Shown here in pieces: positions 19,321 to 30,228 of a DNA stretch of 58,249 nt. A model generated the notes under the pieces. It was not told where the DNA came from, searched no databases, and was given only the letters and a program-made list of their open reading frames with translations. Positions within the stretch are counted from its first letter, which is position 1, and each line of letters starts with the position of its first letter. The position numbers were made by a program, and so were the translations under genes. The stretch is from Myxococcota bacterium (GTDB lineage: Bacteria; Myxococcota_A; UBA796), in assembly GCA_036156175.1 (NCBI GenBank), contig JAYZVA010000029.1, positions 1 to 58,249 of the forward strand, read 5' to 3'.

Positions 19321-21336
19321 TCACCAGGCGGTGAGGAACCGGTCGACCTCTTCGCGTTCAAGCTGGCCCAACGAACGGTCAACGCACTCGCTGCAAATCG
19401 CCACGCCGTTGTAGCTGTACATGCCCCGTGCCTCAAAGTGGGTGCGGCCGCACAGCGAACAGTTGGCATGCTCATCCGCCGCCAGGCTTTGCCGATGCTG
19501 GCCGACTTCCACCACGCAGTGGTTGCATACGGCGGCATTCGTGCCCACCATCAAGTACCCGACCTCGGCGCTTGCCCGCCCGCAGGTCGAGCAGTGCAAC
19601 GCATCCGACGACGCGGCTTTCTTGGGGGTCGCGGTCTTGGTCGGTGGCACCACGTAGGACAAAAACCGCTCCACCTGGTGGCTGGCACCGGTGCCGTTGG
19701 CCGTCGCTGACAACTTGGCGGTCGCGATGGGTTCCCCGTACATGGCGAGACCGGCCCATGCGGCGGCGGCCAAGTCCGAGTCGGCATCCACAGCCCAGCG
19801 CGCCAACAGCGACTTGCCCGATGTGCTGCGTCGAACACCGATCGCCAGCAACAACAGGGCCTGGTAGGCGCGCGCACGCTTGCGCTCGGTGGCGATGTTC
19901 TTTCGGTGAGCCGCCACGTCGTCTGCCGGGCCGTGGCGGTCCACGGCCGCTTTCTTCAAGTCGGCTTCGTCGAGCTTCAAGCCCGCCGTGAGCACCGGTT
20001 CCGGCAACACCGCAGCGGACGACAGGGCCTCCAGCCCCAGACCGGGGCCGTAGTGGCGAGCGGGGTCGCGGAGCCGCGAGGAGGCCGCATCCGCCACCGC
20101 GCCGAGGACCATCGCGCAGGCCGACTCCCACAGCTGAAAGCGAAGCCCCTCGTCTTGGGTGCGGTCAATCGAACCCAGAACCGTCGAAAGCATGCTCGGT
20201 CCAACGTCGCGGAGTTCGTCGAGGATGGTCTCAATGCGCTGGCGGGTCACTCCGCGCGCATCGACGGACCCGCCGGGCGGAAGCCGATCGAACGTGCCCA
20301 CCTCGGTCTGCAACGCCCCGACCAACCACGATGAATCCTGGGTGTGGCGGCGGGACCGGACCATCTCCACGTACGACGGCATGTGTTCCGGATGATCCGA
20401 CAGGGCCGCTCGGAACACCTTGGTCGCCTCGGCGGTGTCGCCCTCTTCGAGCAACGTGCACCCCAGCGCATAGCGGGCCTGCAGGTGGCTGGGATCGACG
20501 AGGAGCGCTTGATTGCACGCCTGGCGCGCTTTGTTGAAGTCGCCCATCTGAAAGAACGCCATCGCCATGCGCGCCAGCACATTGCAGTCGTCCGGCCGCT
20601 CCCGCAGGTACGCCCGAAAGTGCTGCACGGCGTTGTTGTACTTCCCGGCCTCATACGCAACCTGTCCAAGATGAAACTTGGCAATCGCCGCGTGGTCCGG
20701 GTTTTCGCGCAGGCGGATGAAGAAACGCTGGGCTTCTTTGGTGCGCCCGGTCAACATGCAACAGACGCCCATGTCGCGGAGCAACCGGGGGTGCTGGTCC
20801 GGCGTGGGATCCAGCTGCATCGCCCGCACAAAGTGGTACGAGGCCCGTTCGATCGGACGGCGGGGGTCGCTGGACCTCGCGAGGCGCATCAGCGATTGGC
20901 CCAACAGCAGGTGCGTCTCCCACGCGTCCGATGCCGCGCGGCACGCGGCTTCAAACCACCGAACCGCTTGACCCACGTCCCCCATCTCCAATGCCAGTGC
21001 GCCGCACGCCAGGTTGAGGTCGGGCCGATTGGGTTCCACCGCGAGGGCCTGTTGGAGGTATTTGTCGGCCGCTTCGGCCCGGCCCATGGAGACCAACGCG
21101 CCGCCGGCAACCACCAAGGCCAGCACCGATGTGGGGTCGTCTTGCAAGACCCGGCGGGCGCCCTGCAGGGCTGCGGAGCAGTCCACTTCGCCGCCGTCGT
21201 GCATCCATCCGCGACTCCACCGGCACTGCGCCAACTTCAAGCGCGCGTCGAGGTTCTCGGGCTCGGCCAACACCGTCTCTTCAAGCTTCGAGATGGTCCA
21301 GTCGAGTTTGGCGTGGGGGAGAATGGGTGAGGACAT
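19321..21336 (-). CDS. TPR protein with two C-terminal ClpX-type C4 zinc fingers
   Basis: Multiple TPRs; 'CSTCGR...LMVGTNAAVCNHCV' and 'CSLCGR...NGVAICSECV'. Confidence 0.85.
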   Translation of the reverse strand: MSSPILPHAKLDWTISKLEETVLAEPENLDARLKLAQCRWSRGWMHDGGEVDCSAALQGARRVLQDDPTSVLALVVAGGALVSMGRAEAADKYLQQALAVEPNRPDLNLACGALALEMGDVGQAVRWFEAACRAASDAWETHLLLGQSLMRLARSSDPRRPIERASYHFVRAMQLDPTPDQHPRLLRDMGVCCMLTGRTKEAQRFFIRLRENPDHAAIAKFHLGQVAYEAGKYNNAVQHFRAYLRERPDDCNVLARMAMAFFQMGDFNKARQACNQALLVDPSHLQARYALGCTLLEEGDTAEATKVFRAALSDHPEHMPSYVEMVRSRRHTQDSSWLVGALQTEVGTFDRLPPGGSVDARGVTRQRIETILDELRDVGPSMLSTVLGSIDRTQDEGLRFQLWESACAMVLGAVADAASSRLRDPARHYGPGLGLEALSSAAVLPEPVLTAGLKLDEADLKKAAVDRHGPADDVAAHRKNIATERKRARAYQALLLLAIGVRRSTSGKSLLARWAVDADSDLAAAAWAGLAMYGEPIATAKLSATANGTGASHQVERFLSYVVPPTKTATPKKAASSDALHCSTCGRASAEVGYLMVGTNAAVCNHCVVEVGQHRQSLAADEHANCSLCGRTHFEARGMYSYNGVAICSECVDRSLGQLEREEVDRFLTAW

Positions 21337-21419
21337 GGTCGGGGATTTCCAGCGGGTGATTTTAGCCTAATCCATCCGCCGATCCCCGCCATCCCCTCCC
21401 GGGTGATACACGCCCCCGC

Positions 21420-24077
21420 ATGAATCCTGAACTGGCTGAGTTTCGTCGCGAGCGCGCCATCCGATGGCTGATTCCGCTGTTCCTGGCGTCCGGCGCCACA
21501 TCGTTGGTGTACCAGACGATCTGGGAACGGCAGCTGCACCTAATTTTCGGCACCAGCCAGGTGGCCGTGTCCACCGTTCTGGCCGCATTCATGACTGGAC
21601 TGGCGCTGGGCGGCTTCGGCGGTGCACGGTGGGCGGACCGCATCGCCCGACCCATTCGGGCGTACGCCATCCTCGAGGCCTTGATTGGCCTGTATGCCCT
21701 GGCGTTCCCCTGGTTGGTGGACTTGGTCAAGCCGGTCTACATGGGGTTCTTCCACGCGGTGGACCCGTCACCGGCCGCGTTTGCAACCTTTCAGTTCGCA
21801 TTGCTCGGCATGATGTTGCTGCCGCCCACCTTCTGCATGGGCATGACGCTGCCCCTGTTGAGCCGATTCGCCACGACCACCTCCACGGAATCCGGCGCTC
21901 GAATCGGACGACTGTACGGCGCGAACACCATCGGCGCCGTGATGGGCACCGGGTTGGCGGGGTTCTACCTGCTGCCGACCATCGGACTGGCGATGACCAC
22001 CGCTGCCACAGCGGCCGCGAACGTGCTCCTCTGCGTCGCTGCACTGGCCTTGTCCCGGTCGGTCGACTCGCTGGGGGTTCAGCCCGCAGAGACCGACTCG
22101 GGGAGTCTCGACGCCGGTTGGTCCATCAGCACGCTGGGCGTGGTGGCCATGCTGGCCGGCTTCGCGAGCCTGTTGTACGAAGTGGCCTGGTTTCGGCTGA
22201 TGGCATTGATATTGGGAGCCAGCGCCTACGCCTTCTCCGTGATGTTGTTCAGCTTTCTGCTTGGCATCGGCACGGGCGGCTGGCTAGGCGGGCCCTTGGC
22301 CGACCGCCTGTATGCGCGCGGCGGCGTAAAGCGGGTCCTGATGGGACTGGCGATCCTTCAAGGGGGCATCGCGTCCCTGACTTGGGGGGCGATGTACTTC
22401 TACAAAGAGCTGCCGTGGTTGTTCGTGGTGATCTACGACACCATGAGCGCCTCCAGCCTCTTGCTGTGGGCCGGAAAGCTCTTGTTGGCCATGATGGTCA
22501 TGGTTCCCCCCGCCATCTTGATGGGGATGGCCTTCCCATTGCTGGTTCGAGCCGCCGCGGGAGAAGCGTTGGCGCTGGGCAAGCCGGTCGGTCGCCTGTA
22601 CGGCTGGAACACGGTGGGCGCCATCATGGGGGCCGGCCTCGGCGGCTTGCTTTTTCTGCCGTGGATTTTTGTTCAGGGCACCGTGCTCTTGGCCATCACC
22701 GTCAACGTGTTCTTGGCGGCGCTTCTGTACGTTCGGGCCGCCGAACACGACCCTCACCGCATCGTCAAGGGGGCGATCGGAGGCCTGGGTTTGGCCGCCC
22801 TCCTTCACCTGAGTGCGGCGCCGTGGAATCCGTTGCAGATGACCGCGGGCACCTACAAATACGTGTACAACATGGACGTTCGCACCCGGGACGCGGTGTA
22901 CAAATCCACGGTCGCGCCCTACGAGCTGCTCTACTACGCCGAAGGATTGTCGAGCGTGGTCACGGTCGCCAAAAACAAGAAGACGGGCGACGTATGGTTG
23001 GCGAACAACGGCAAGATCGATGCCTCGTCAAAAGCCGACATGCCGACCCAGATCTTGGTGTCGCACATGCCCTACTTTTACCGACCCGATGCCGAGCGGG
23101 TCATGATGCTCGGCCTCGCGGCTGGGTATTCGGCCGGTGCGGCCGCGCTGCACACCAGCCCCACCGTGATCGACCTGGTCGAGATCGAAGAACGCATCAT
23201 CGAAGCTTCGCACTTCTTCGACGAGTGGAACCATCAACCCCTCGATGACCCCCGCATGGTCATGCGGGTGAACGACGCACGGAATCACCTGAACCTGACG
23301 CCCGATGGCCACTACGACCTCATCATCGCCGAACCGTCGAACCCCTGGCTCACCGGGGTGTCCAATTTGTTCACCCGCGAGTACTTTGAAATGGGCAAGC
23401 GAAAGCTGGCGCCCGGCGGGATCTGGTCTCAGTGGATTCAGATCTACGGCATGGACACCGGCGACCTCCGCTCGTTGCTCGGCACCTTTTCCGACACCTA
23501 CCCGCACGTGCACCTCTACTCCACCATCTCGGATGCGGACTTGGTGTTGGTGGGTTCCGAAGAGCCGCTGGACATGAACCTGGCGAAATTTCAGGCCCAA
23601 ATCAACGCCAACCCCAAGCTCAAGTCCAGCCTGATGGAGATCGGCATCGACTCCGCAACCGACATCCTGGCCCGATACCGCCTCGACCGGCCGCGACTGC
23701 AGGAGCTGGCCAGCGACGTGGTGCGAAACACCGATGACAACATGCGGGTCGAGTACTCGGCACCCCTCAATCTCTACACGTGGACGGGCGACGAGAACGT
23801 TCTGATGCTCAACGAGTCGGTGGGCAAGGTTCCCCTCGTGCCGTACGAGGCCACGGTGGGCGTCGACGGATTGGTCGACCTCGCGCGGAGCTACGCAGAG
23901 CTCAAGCTGTACATCCAAGCCCTGATGTGCCTCCGCAAGGCCGTCGAACGCGAGCGCACCGAGAACGCCTCGGCCGATGAAGCGATCGAACCGCGAACCG
24001 ACATCGATGCGCTCTACGCCGAATACCAAGCCGCACTCAAAACGCAGATGGACGAGGCCGACGCCGCCACAAACTAA
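21420..24077 (+). CDS. Fused membrane-domain/spermidine synthase-like protein
   Basis: Two membrane repeats ('SG...LVYQ..W.R.L....G', 'G.LYG.NT.GA'), then SAM-fold 'LGLAAG', 'VEIE', 'NDAR', '[12 protein letters not shown]', 'LFTREYF'. Confidence 0.88.
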   Translation: MNPELAEFRRERAIRWLIPLFLASGATSLVYQTIWERQLHLIFGTSQVAVSTVLAAFMTGLALGGFGGARWADRIARPIRAYAILEALIGLYALAFPWLVDLVKPVYMGFFHAVDPSPAAFATFQFALLGMMLLPPTFCMGMTLPLLSRFATTTSTESGARIGRLYGANTIGAVMGTGLAGFYLLPTIGLAMTTAATAAANVLLCVAALALSRSVDSLGVQPAETDSGSLDAGWSISTLGVVAMLAGFASLLYEVAWFRLMALILGASAYAFSVMLFSFLLGIGTGGWLGGPLADRLYARGGVKRVLMGLAILQGGIASLTWGAMYFYKELPWLFVVIYDTMSASSLLLWAGKLLLAMMVMVPPAILMGMAFPLLVRAAAGEALALGKPVGRLYGWNTVGAIMGAGLGGLLFLPWIFVQGTVLLAITVNVFLAALLYVRAAEHDPHRIVKGAIGGLGLAALLHLSAAPWNPLQMTAGTYKYVYNMDVRTRDAVYKSTVAPYELLYYAEGLSSVVTVAKNKKTGDVWLANNGKIDASSKADMPTQILVSHMPYFYRPDAERVMMLGLAAGYSAGAAALHTSPTVIDLVEIEERIIEASHFFDEWNHQPLDDPRMVMRVNDARNHLNLTPDGHYDLIIAEPSNPWLTGVSNLFTREYFEMGKRKLAPGGIWSQWIQIYGMDTGDLRSLLGTFSDTYPHVHLYSTISDADLVLVGSEEPLDMNLAKFQAQINANPKLKSSLMEIGIDSATDILARYRLDRPRLQELASDVVRNTDDNMRVEYSAPLNLYTWTGDENVLMLNESVGKVPLVPYEATVGVDGLVDLARSYAELKLYIQALMCLRKAVERERTENASADEAIEPRTDIDALYAEYQAALKTQMDEADAATN

Positions 24078-24586
24078 GTCAGCGACGCGAGCGGCGGGAA
24101 GCGATCGGGCTGGTGAAAATCGGGCGCGCGGCCCGGAAGCGCCACCATCGAGAGGTAAACCCGGTCCGCGCCGCTCCCGTGAATGGCGGTTGCATTGACC
24201 CGCCAAGGCGGCGGCGGCAGCAACCGGTGCGCGATGCGCGCGGTGCCGACCCATCGGTTGCCCGCGATGCGAGCGGTGTACGAAATGGGAATCATCGACG
24301 CCACGGCGTGTCGCACCCCGTCGAGCTGCAGCACGAGGTGGTGGCCGCTGGGTGCGAGCTCGATCTCGGTGTACCGCCCGTCGCTGCCGGCCACAAAAAC
24401 CTCCACCACTTCGAACTCCCACAGCCGATCCGTGGGCCCCACCGGCGACGATGGCGCGGGCGGATCCCCGTAATGCGGGGCGGACACCCGCAGTTCAACC
24501 GAATCCCCGTCCGGGGTCCATTCAATCGCGATGCGATGGGCGTCACCAACGGGGTTCCCGTTCCAGGTCGAACAGATTCTCAGCAT
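24074..24586 (-). CDS. UPF0462/C4orf33-like protein
   Basis: 'TWNG.PV', '[11 protein letters not shown]', '[10 protein letters not shown]', '[19 protein letters not shown]', 'NATAIHGS', 'PDFH'; start 24586 or 24604; family call from recall. Confidence 0.75.
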   Translation of the reverse strand: MLRICSTWNGNPVGDAHRIAIEWTPDGDSVELRVSAPHYGDPPAPSSPVGPTDRLWEFEVVEVFVAGSDGRYTEIELAPSGHHLVLQLDGVRHAVASMIPISYTARIAGNRWVGTARIAHRLLPPPPWRVNATAIHGSGADRVYLSMVALPGRAPDFHQPDRFPPLASLT

Positions 24587-24637
24587 TCGCGTGGGTCCCG
24601 GCATGCCCCCCGGTTAGCACGTTTCGCGGAGGGTCCG

Positions 24638-25771
24638 GTGAGTCGAGCGTGCGTGGTCCAAAAATACGGCGGGTCATCGGTGGCAGACGTCACCCGCATT
24701 CGCGCTGTGGCGGAGCGGGTTGTGGCGACGCGGCGGTCCGGTTTCGATGTCGTCGTGGTCGTCTCGGCCATGGGAAACACCACCAACGAGCTTCTTGCCC
24801 TCGCCTCGGAGATCAGCCCCAGCCCGGGCCGGCGGGAACTCGACTTGTTGATCAGCGTCGGCGAACGGGTCTCCATGACGTTGCTTGCGATGGCCATCCA
24901 AGAATTGGGGGAGCCCGCGCAGTCATTCACCGGCTCTCAGTCGGGCATCATCACCGATACCCGCCACGTCAACGCGGCGGTTCAAGAGGTCCGTCCTCAC
25001 CGAATTCGACGGGCGCTCGACGACGGACAAATCGCCATCGTTGCGGGCTTTCAAGGGGTGAGCCGCACCGGGGAAGTCACCACCTTGGGTCGGGGGGGTT
25101 CCGACACCACGGCCGTGGTCCTGACCGCTGCGCTTGGCGCCGAATACTGCGAAATCTGTTCGGATGTGGACGGCGTCTACACCGCCGATCCCCGGGCGGT
25201 CGATGCCGCACGAAAACTCGACACCATCCCCCTCGATTCGGCCATTGCCATGGCCCAGGCGGGATCAAAGGTGCTGCTGGCCGAAGCCCTCCAACAGGCG
25301 AAGACGCACGGCGTCACGCTGAGCGCAAGCGCCACGAGTCGCCCGTCCGGATCGGGCACGCGGGTGGTGCCCGAAGCCGCCACTGGTGCGATCGTGGGGG
25401 TCGCGGCTGATGCGGGGATTTGCATCGTGGATTCGGGCGTCGATCTGCACGAATTTGCCGGCTCCATCCGCGGGTGCTTGCCCGATGGGCGCGCCTTGGT
25501 GGACGAACGAAACCTGCCCCCGGTTTCCGCTTGGACCGCACCCGGTCGCCCCATCGCGACCGTCAGCGCGATCGGCCGGGAAGCCGTGACCGACCCGGCG
25601 ATCTTCGACCGTGCCGTCGACGCCGTCGCATCGGTCGATGCCGACATGGTGTGGTGGTCGCACGGCGAAACGCTGACCTTCGCCGTGGCGCGTTCCGCGG
25701 CGCCCGAAGCGGAACGCGCGCTGCATGAAGCGATCGTTCCGCCCACTACGTCCCCGGTTGCGGATTCGTAA
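24638..25771 (+). CDS. lysC: Aspartate kinase
   Basis: '[10 protein letters not shown]', 'VVVVSAMG', '[12 protein letters not shown]', '[11 protein letters not shown]'; start moved to GTG 24638 behind GGAGG; ACT region divergent. Confidence 0.92.
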   Translation: MSRACVVQKYGGSSVADVTRIRAVAERVVATRRSGFDVVVVVSAMGNTTNELLALASEISPSPGRRELDLLISVGERVSMTLLAMAIQELGEPAQSFTGSQSGIITDTRHVNAAVQEVRPHRIRRALDDGQIAIVAGFQGVSRTGEVTTLGRGGSDTTAVVLTAALGAEYCEICSDVDGVYTADPRAVDAARKLDTIPLDSAIAMAQAGSKVLLAEALQQAKTHGVTLSASATSRPSGSGTRVVPEAATGAIVGVAADAGICIVDSGVDLHEFAGSIRGCLPDGRALVDERNLPPVSAWTAPGRPIATVSAIGREAVTDPAIFDRAVDAVASVDADMVWWSHGETLTFAVARSAAPEAERALHEAIVPPTTSPVADS

Positions 25772-25820
25772 AATCGAGCCTAATCTGTAGGTTCAACGCC
25801 GATTATTTCAGAGAATATTC

Positions 25821-26612
25821 ATGATTCGTCATTTTCTCAATCCCCCCAACTGGTTCACGTCGGCGGGCATCTTCTGCGGCCTGTACAGCATTGTGCTCTC
25901 CACGGGCGTGGAGGGGCCGCCCAACTACTACCATGCCGCGATGATGGTGCTGTTTGCGTCGGTGTTCGACATGCTGGACGGTCGCGTCGCGCGCATCACC
26001 GGACGCGGTTCGGACTTCGGCATCCAGCTGGACTCGCTGGCGGATGTGGTCAGCTTCGGCATCGCACCGGCGGTGCTGCTGCATTCCTGGGGCATCCACT
26101 CGCTTGGTGCATGGGGCCTCATCGGTTCCTTTTTCTTTGTGCTCTGCGGAGCGTTCCGACTGGCCCGATTCAACTGCGACGCGGGAACCGATGAGCCGGC
26201 CACTCACTCGGAAGGACTGACCATCACGATGGCGGGCAGCACCGTTGCAGCGGCGGTCATGGCGCACGCGGCTTCCGGACGAATTGGCGTCGAGCATCCG
26301 TGGAACGTCTGGGTTCTTGCGCTGCTGTTGTCGCTGCTGATGGTCAGTTCCATACCGTACCGAACCCCAAAAACGCTTCGGTTGTCCCGCGAGACGATGA
26401 TTCTTTCCGCATTGTTCTGGGGCATGCTGCTCTTGGTTGCAGTCCGGTACCGTGTGAGCACAGCCTTTGTGGTGCTGCTCGGAACCTACGCGGTGTCCGG
26501 GCCAATCGAGGCCATCTTCAGCCGCAAGAAGATCACGCTGATCGACGACCAAGACTTGTCGCTGGACGAGTTGTTCGGGACGGAACCGGCCGATGAGGTC
26601 ATCGAACGCTGA
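25821..26612 (+). CDS. pssA: CDP-diacylglycerol--serine O-phosphatidyltransferase
   Basis: 'PN..T', 'FDMLDGRVAR...SDFGIQLDSLADVVSFGIAPA', 'RLARFN', 'LMVS'. Confidence 0.9.
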   Translation: MIRHFLNPPNWFTSAGIFCGLYSIVLSTGVEGPPNYYHAAMMVLFASVFDMLDGRVARITGRGSDFGIQLDSLADVVSFGIAPAVLLHSWGIHSLGAWGLIGSFFFVLCGAFRLARFNCDAGTDEPATHSEGLTITMAGSTVAAAVMAHAASGRIGVEHPWNVWVLALLLSLLMVSSIPYRTPKTLRLSRETMILSALFWGMLLLVAVRYRVSTAFVVLLGTYAVSGPIEAIFSRKKITLIDDQDLSLDELFGTEPADEVIER

Positions 26613-27390
26613 GGTCGTCCAGCCACAGGATGTTCTCACCTCGGGCGTCGGTGTGCAGCGCGGTGAGGTCTTGGAGCGTCAGCGACACGATGCTCCGCGG
26701 ATCGATCGACGCAGACTCTGCCGACTGAAACGACTTGACGGGCAGTCTGAGTTCCGTCCATCGACCCATCCGCACCGTGAGCTTTTCAGACAACCACACG
26801 CGGCCGGCATCGTCCTCGAGCACCGCTCGAACCTTGGCCGGGACCGACTCCGAGCGAACCCGAAAGGACACGACGGTCACCCGTTCCCCATCGGTATCGA
26901 GGCCAAAGGCAATGAAGTCCGTCTGGCCATCCATCAGCTCGGTGTCCCACTGCAGCACGCGACCGTCGGGGCCATCGGTGACCCGCAAGTCGGATTCTTT
27001 TCCACGCTCCCAACCGCGGACCCACGGTGCCGTGTTCAGCCGGAAATCCTGCGCATAGGGAAGGGACTGGATGGCTTGCTCGCGCAGCGCAATGCGGCCC
27101 AACATGCCCCGCGCGCGCGCCCGACTCGACCGGTATGGAAGGGCCGACGCCAAGCTGCGCTTGGCACCGGCCAGGTCTCCCGCGGACCACCGCGCGAGCC
27201 CCAACCAATACAGCACCTCACCGCGCTGGTCCTCTTCCGCGGGGATTTGCGCGACCAGCGCTTCGTAGACCGCGATCGCCTCGCTTGGCTCGGCCCCCAG
27301 CGCTTGACTCAGACGGGCGTCATAGGTGCTTGACCACTCTTCTGGCGTCCCGGCCCAAACCACCGCGGCGGCAACCAAGGCGGCAATCAC
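26599..27390 (-). CDS. Exported protein with TPR-like N-terminus and CIA30/CBM11-like beta-sandwich
   Basis: Signal peptide; 'LYWLGLARWSAGDLAGAKRSL'; 'VSFRVR...W.ELRLP..SF...IDP...LWLDDLSV'; abuts the response-regulator stop. Confidence 0.65.
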   Translation of the reverse strand: MIAALVAAAVVWAGTPEEWSSTYDARLSQALGAEPSEAIAVYEALVAQIPAEEDQRGEVLYWLGLARWSAGDLAGAKRSLASALPYRSSRARARGMLGRIALREQAIQSLPYAQDFRLNTAPWVRGWERGKESDLRVTDGPDGRVLQWDTELMDGQTDFIAFGLDTDGERVTVVSFRVRSESVPAKVRAVLEDDAGRVWLSEKLTVRMGRWTELRLPVKSFQSAESASIDPRSIVSLTLQDLTALHTDARGENILWLDDLSVR

Positions 27391-28098
27391 TCAGTTTTCC
27401 TCACCGATGAACTGGTACCCGACGCCGTGAAGGGTGCGAATGAACTGCGGCTCCTGGGCGTTGTCGCGCAACTTTTTCCGAACCGTGAGCACGTGGGTGT
27501 CCACCGTCCGGGTCGCAACTCCGGCCCGGTAGCCCCACACCCGCTCCAGCAACGTGTCGCGGCTGAGAATGAGCCCCTTGTTGTCGATGAAAAACTTCAG
27601 CAGCGCAGCCTCGCGCTTCGACAACGGCTCATCCCCATCCGGGTGGTGAATGGCCATGTCGTTGGGCCCCAACTCCACCTTGATGTCGCCGTAGTGGTAC
27701 AGGTATCGGGCGCCGCCCACCCGCTTCAGCATGGCCTCGATCCGCTTCTCCAAGACCGGCAGCGAGAAGGGCTTGGTCACGTAGTTGTCCGCGCCAGCGT
27801 CGAACCCAACAATTTTGTCCTCCTCACTGGTGCGGGCGGTGAGGAACAGGATCGGGCGGTGAAAGCCTTGGTCGCGGAGGGCCGAGCAAATGTCGAAGCC
27901 GTTCATCCCATCGGGGCCCGCGGGACCCTCTTGGAGCATCACGTCCAGCACCGCCACATCGGGCTGGAACTTGTCCACAATCTCGAGCGCGTCTTCCCCG
28001 GTGCGTGCGCCGTGAACAATGTGACCTTGCCGCTCGAAGTATTTCTTCAGGGTGCTCAGCACCTCCATTTCATCTTCCACGAACAAAATTCGGGCCAT
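27391..28098 (-). CDS. OmpR/PhoB-family response regulator
   Basis: 'ILFVEDE', 'LDVML', 'LFLTA', 'GADNYVTKPF', winged helix 'RTVDTHV...RKKL...TLHGVGY'. Confidence 0.96.
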   Translation of the reverse strand: MARILFVEDEMEVLSTLKKYFERQGHIVHGARTGEDALEIVDKFQPDVAVLDVMLQEGPAGPDGMNGFDICSALRDQGFHRPILFLTARTSEEDKIVGFDAGADNYVTKPFSLPVLEKRIEAMLKRVGGARYLYHYGDIKVELGPNDMAIHHPDGDEPLSKREAALLKFFIDNKGLILSRDTLLERVWGYRAGVATRTVDTHVLTVRKKLRDNAQEPQFIRTLHGVGYQFIGEEN

Positions 28099-28099
28099 G

Positions 28100-30217
28100 T
28101 CATGCTCCTTGTCGATTCATCGGGTTTCCCGCCAAGACCGGAAACCACAGCGAAAAGGCACTGCCTTCGCCAAGCTTGGATACCACGTCCACCCGCCCGT
28201 TGTGGGCCGAGACAATGTAGAAAGTAATCGCAAGCCCGATTCCGGTTCCTTTCCTTCGCCGGACTGAGGCGTCTCCCCCGCGAAAAAACGGGTCGAAAAT
28301 TTGTTGGAGGTCCGCTTCGGGAATGCCGATTCCTTCGTCGGTCACGGAAATCTGAACGCCGCCGCTGGCGCGCACGACCGCGACGCGGATGGGCCGGTCG
28401 GCTTCGGAATACTTGGCCGCATTGCTTGTGAGGTTGATCACGCACTGTGCGATGGCATCGGGATCGTGCGCGACGACCGGCAGGGAGGGCTGGATCGACA
28501 CGTAGACGTCCCGCTCCATCAGTTCGGCCGATCCCTCGACCACGTCAATCGCGGCCCGAACGGACTCGCCAATGTCCCCTGGCACCAGCGCATACGTCTT
28601 GGCACCCCGCTCGATGGCGGAGAAATCCAAGACGTTGTCCACCAACCGGCTCAACCGCTCCGACTCGCGAACGATCGCGCGGTAGTCGTGCTGTTGTTCC
28701 TCGACTGTGTCGCTCAAGCCCAGCATCAGGCTCTCCGCCTTGAGGCGAATCTGGGTGATGGGGGACCGCAACTCATGGGACACGTTCGCCGCGAAATCGG
28801 CCTTCATCCGCGCGCTCTCGAGCTCGGAGCGAACAAAACGCGCGGTGGACAACGCCCCCACGCCAATCAACGTCACGGCCAAGAAGATGATGCCGATGCG
28901 GCGATTTCGCTGGGACTGCAGCTCCCGGGCCAACGCAACCGCATCACGGGGAGTGACCACCATCGACCATCCCACCATCCACGGAACCAAGGACCGCCGC
29001 ACCAAGACGGCGTCCGGCATCCGTTCGTTTGGCCCGACCAATCGCCCCTGGATCGCCGACCCGGGAGCGGCCACGTCTCGCGCGAGGGTCCGGGCATCCC
29101 GAACCAAGGTGGTCCGATCGAGCGCAAAGGCGTAGAGGTTCTCGTCCCACCAAGTCAGCGCCCACAGGCCCCGGTCGCCCTGGACCCACCGGATTTTCCC
29201 CTTGTCCACGCTCAGGTTGACCTGACCCGCCAAAACACTGTCCAGCTCGGGCAACAATTCCTCGGTCCAAAACTGCATCCGCATGCGGTCATCGATTCGG
29301 GCGCGGGTCGACGCCACCCACTCCGAGTCCGCGAACGGCTCCAGCCGGGAGAGTGCACGCCGGGCAACCGCGCCTTCGCCGCCCTCGCCGATGGCCCACC
29401 GCTGGTCCATGAGTCGGTCGATCAGCGTCCGCAGGTCATCGGCGCCCGCAAGCGGTTCCCGGCCGATGCGATCTTCGGCCAAGAACAACTCGATGAGGTC
29501 GTCCATTCGAAAACCCCAAGGATCGCGGATGTCGCCGAAGAGCTGCCGGGTGTCCTCGAGCACCATGCGAGCATCGGCGATGCGTCCCAAACCGAGCAAC
29601 GCACGGCTCCGATCAAAGCGCATCCGGGCTTTGACCTGATCCGACCCCACGCTGCGGCTCGCCCGGCCATACAGCCGCGCAACCACGGCCCCATCCTCAC
29701 CACGGCGTTCCGCCGAGATGGCGCGTTGAACCACCGGGTCGAACAGGTATTCGATGGGCTCGGATGCGTTCATGGACCGTCGGTAAAAGGGAGCAACCAC
29801 GTCCAAATTCCGATCGAGCTTCAGGGCGATGAGCAGATTGGGGTGGAGCTCGCTGGCGGCTTCGAGCGGACTCCGGCCCGCTTCCAGCCGATCGAGCACC
29901 GAGCCCTCGAAGTACCCAAACGCCCGCTCGGCTTGCGACAAATACGACGTGGCGGCGCCATCGGCCTGCTTCTCGATGTCGCCCATGGCGGCCAGCTCTT
30001 CTCCTTGAATCGATGCGATTCCGAAGTACGCGAGCAACATCGAGGGCAACAGAATCAACACCGAGCCGGTCACGATGATGCGCATCGAGCGGCGGAGCCG
30101 CAGCGCATTCTCCATCGCCCGCACGGGACTGGCCTGTTTGCGAAAGAACCAGCGAAGAATTCGCAAGAATCGGGGCTGATCGGGTTCGGGGCGATTGACG
30201 GCCATCGTGTGCATCAT
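28100..30217 (-). CDS. Sensor histidine kinase with large extracytoplasmic domain
   Basis: Two TMs; H-box 'FAANVSHELRSP', N-box 'NLTSNAAKY', 'DEGIGI', 'FDPFFR', 'GTGIGL'; start uncertain (30217, 30205 or later). Confidence 0.93.
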   Translation of the reverse strand: MMHTMAVNRPEPDQPRFLRILRWFFRKQASPVRAMENALRLRRSMRIIVTGSVLILLPSMLLAYFGIASIQGEELAAMGDIEKQADGAATSYLSQAERAFGYFEGSVLDRLEAGRSPLEAASELHPNLLIALKLDRNLDVVAPFYRRSMNASEPIEYLFDPVVQRAISAERRGEDGAVVARLYGRASRSVGSDQVKARMRFDRSRALLGLGRIADARMVLEDTRQLFGDIRDPWGFRMDDLIELFLAEDRIGREPLAGADDLRTLIDRLMDQRWAIGEGGEGAVARRALSRLEPFADSEWVASTRARIDDRMRMQFWTEELLPELDSVLAGQVNLSVDKGKIRWVQGDRGLWALTWWDENLYAFALDRTTLVRDARTLARDVAAPGSAIQGRLVGPNERMPDAVLVRRSLVPWMVGWSMVVTPRDAVALARELQSQRNRRIGIIFLAVTLIGVGALSTARFVRSELESARMKADFAANVSHELRSPITQIRLKAESLMLGLSDTVEEQQHDYRAIVRESERLSRLVDNVLDFSAIERGAKTYALVPGDIGESVRAAIDVVEGSAELMERDVYVSIQPSLPVVAHDPDAIAQCVINLTSNAAKYSEADRPIRVAVVRASGGVQISVTDEGIGIPEADLQQIFDPFFRGGDASVRRRKGTGIGLAITFYIVSAHNGRVDVVSKLGEGSAFSLWFPVLAGNPMNRQGA

Positions 30218-30228
30218 AAATCGTTCGC

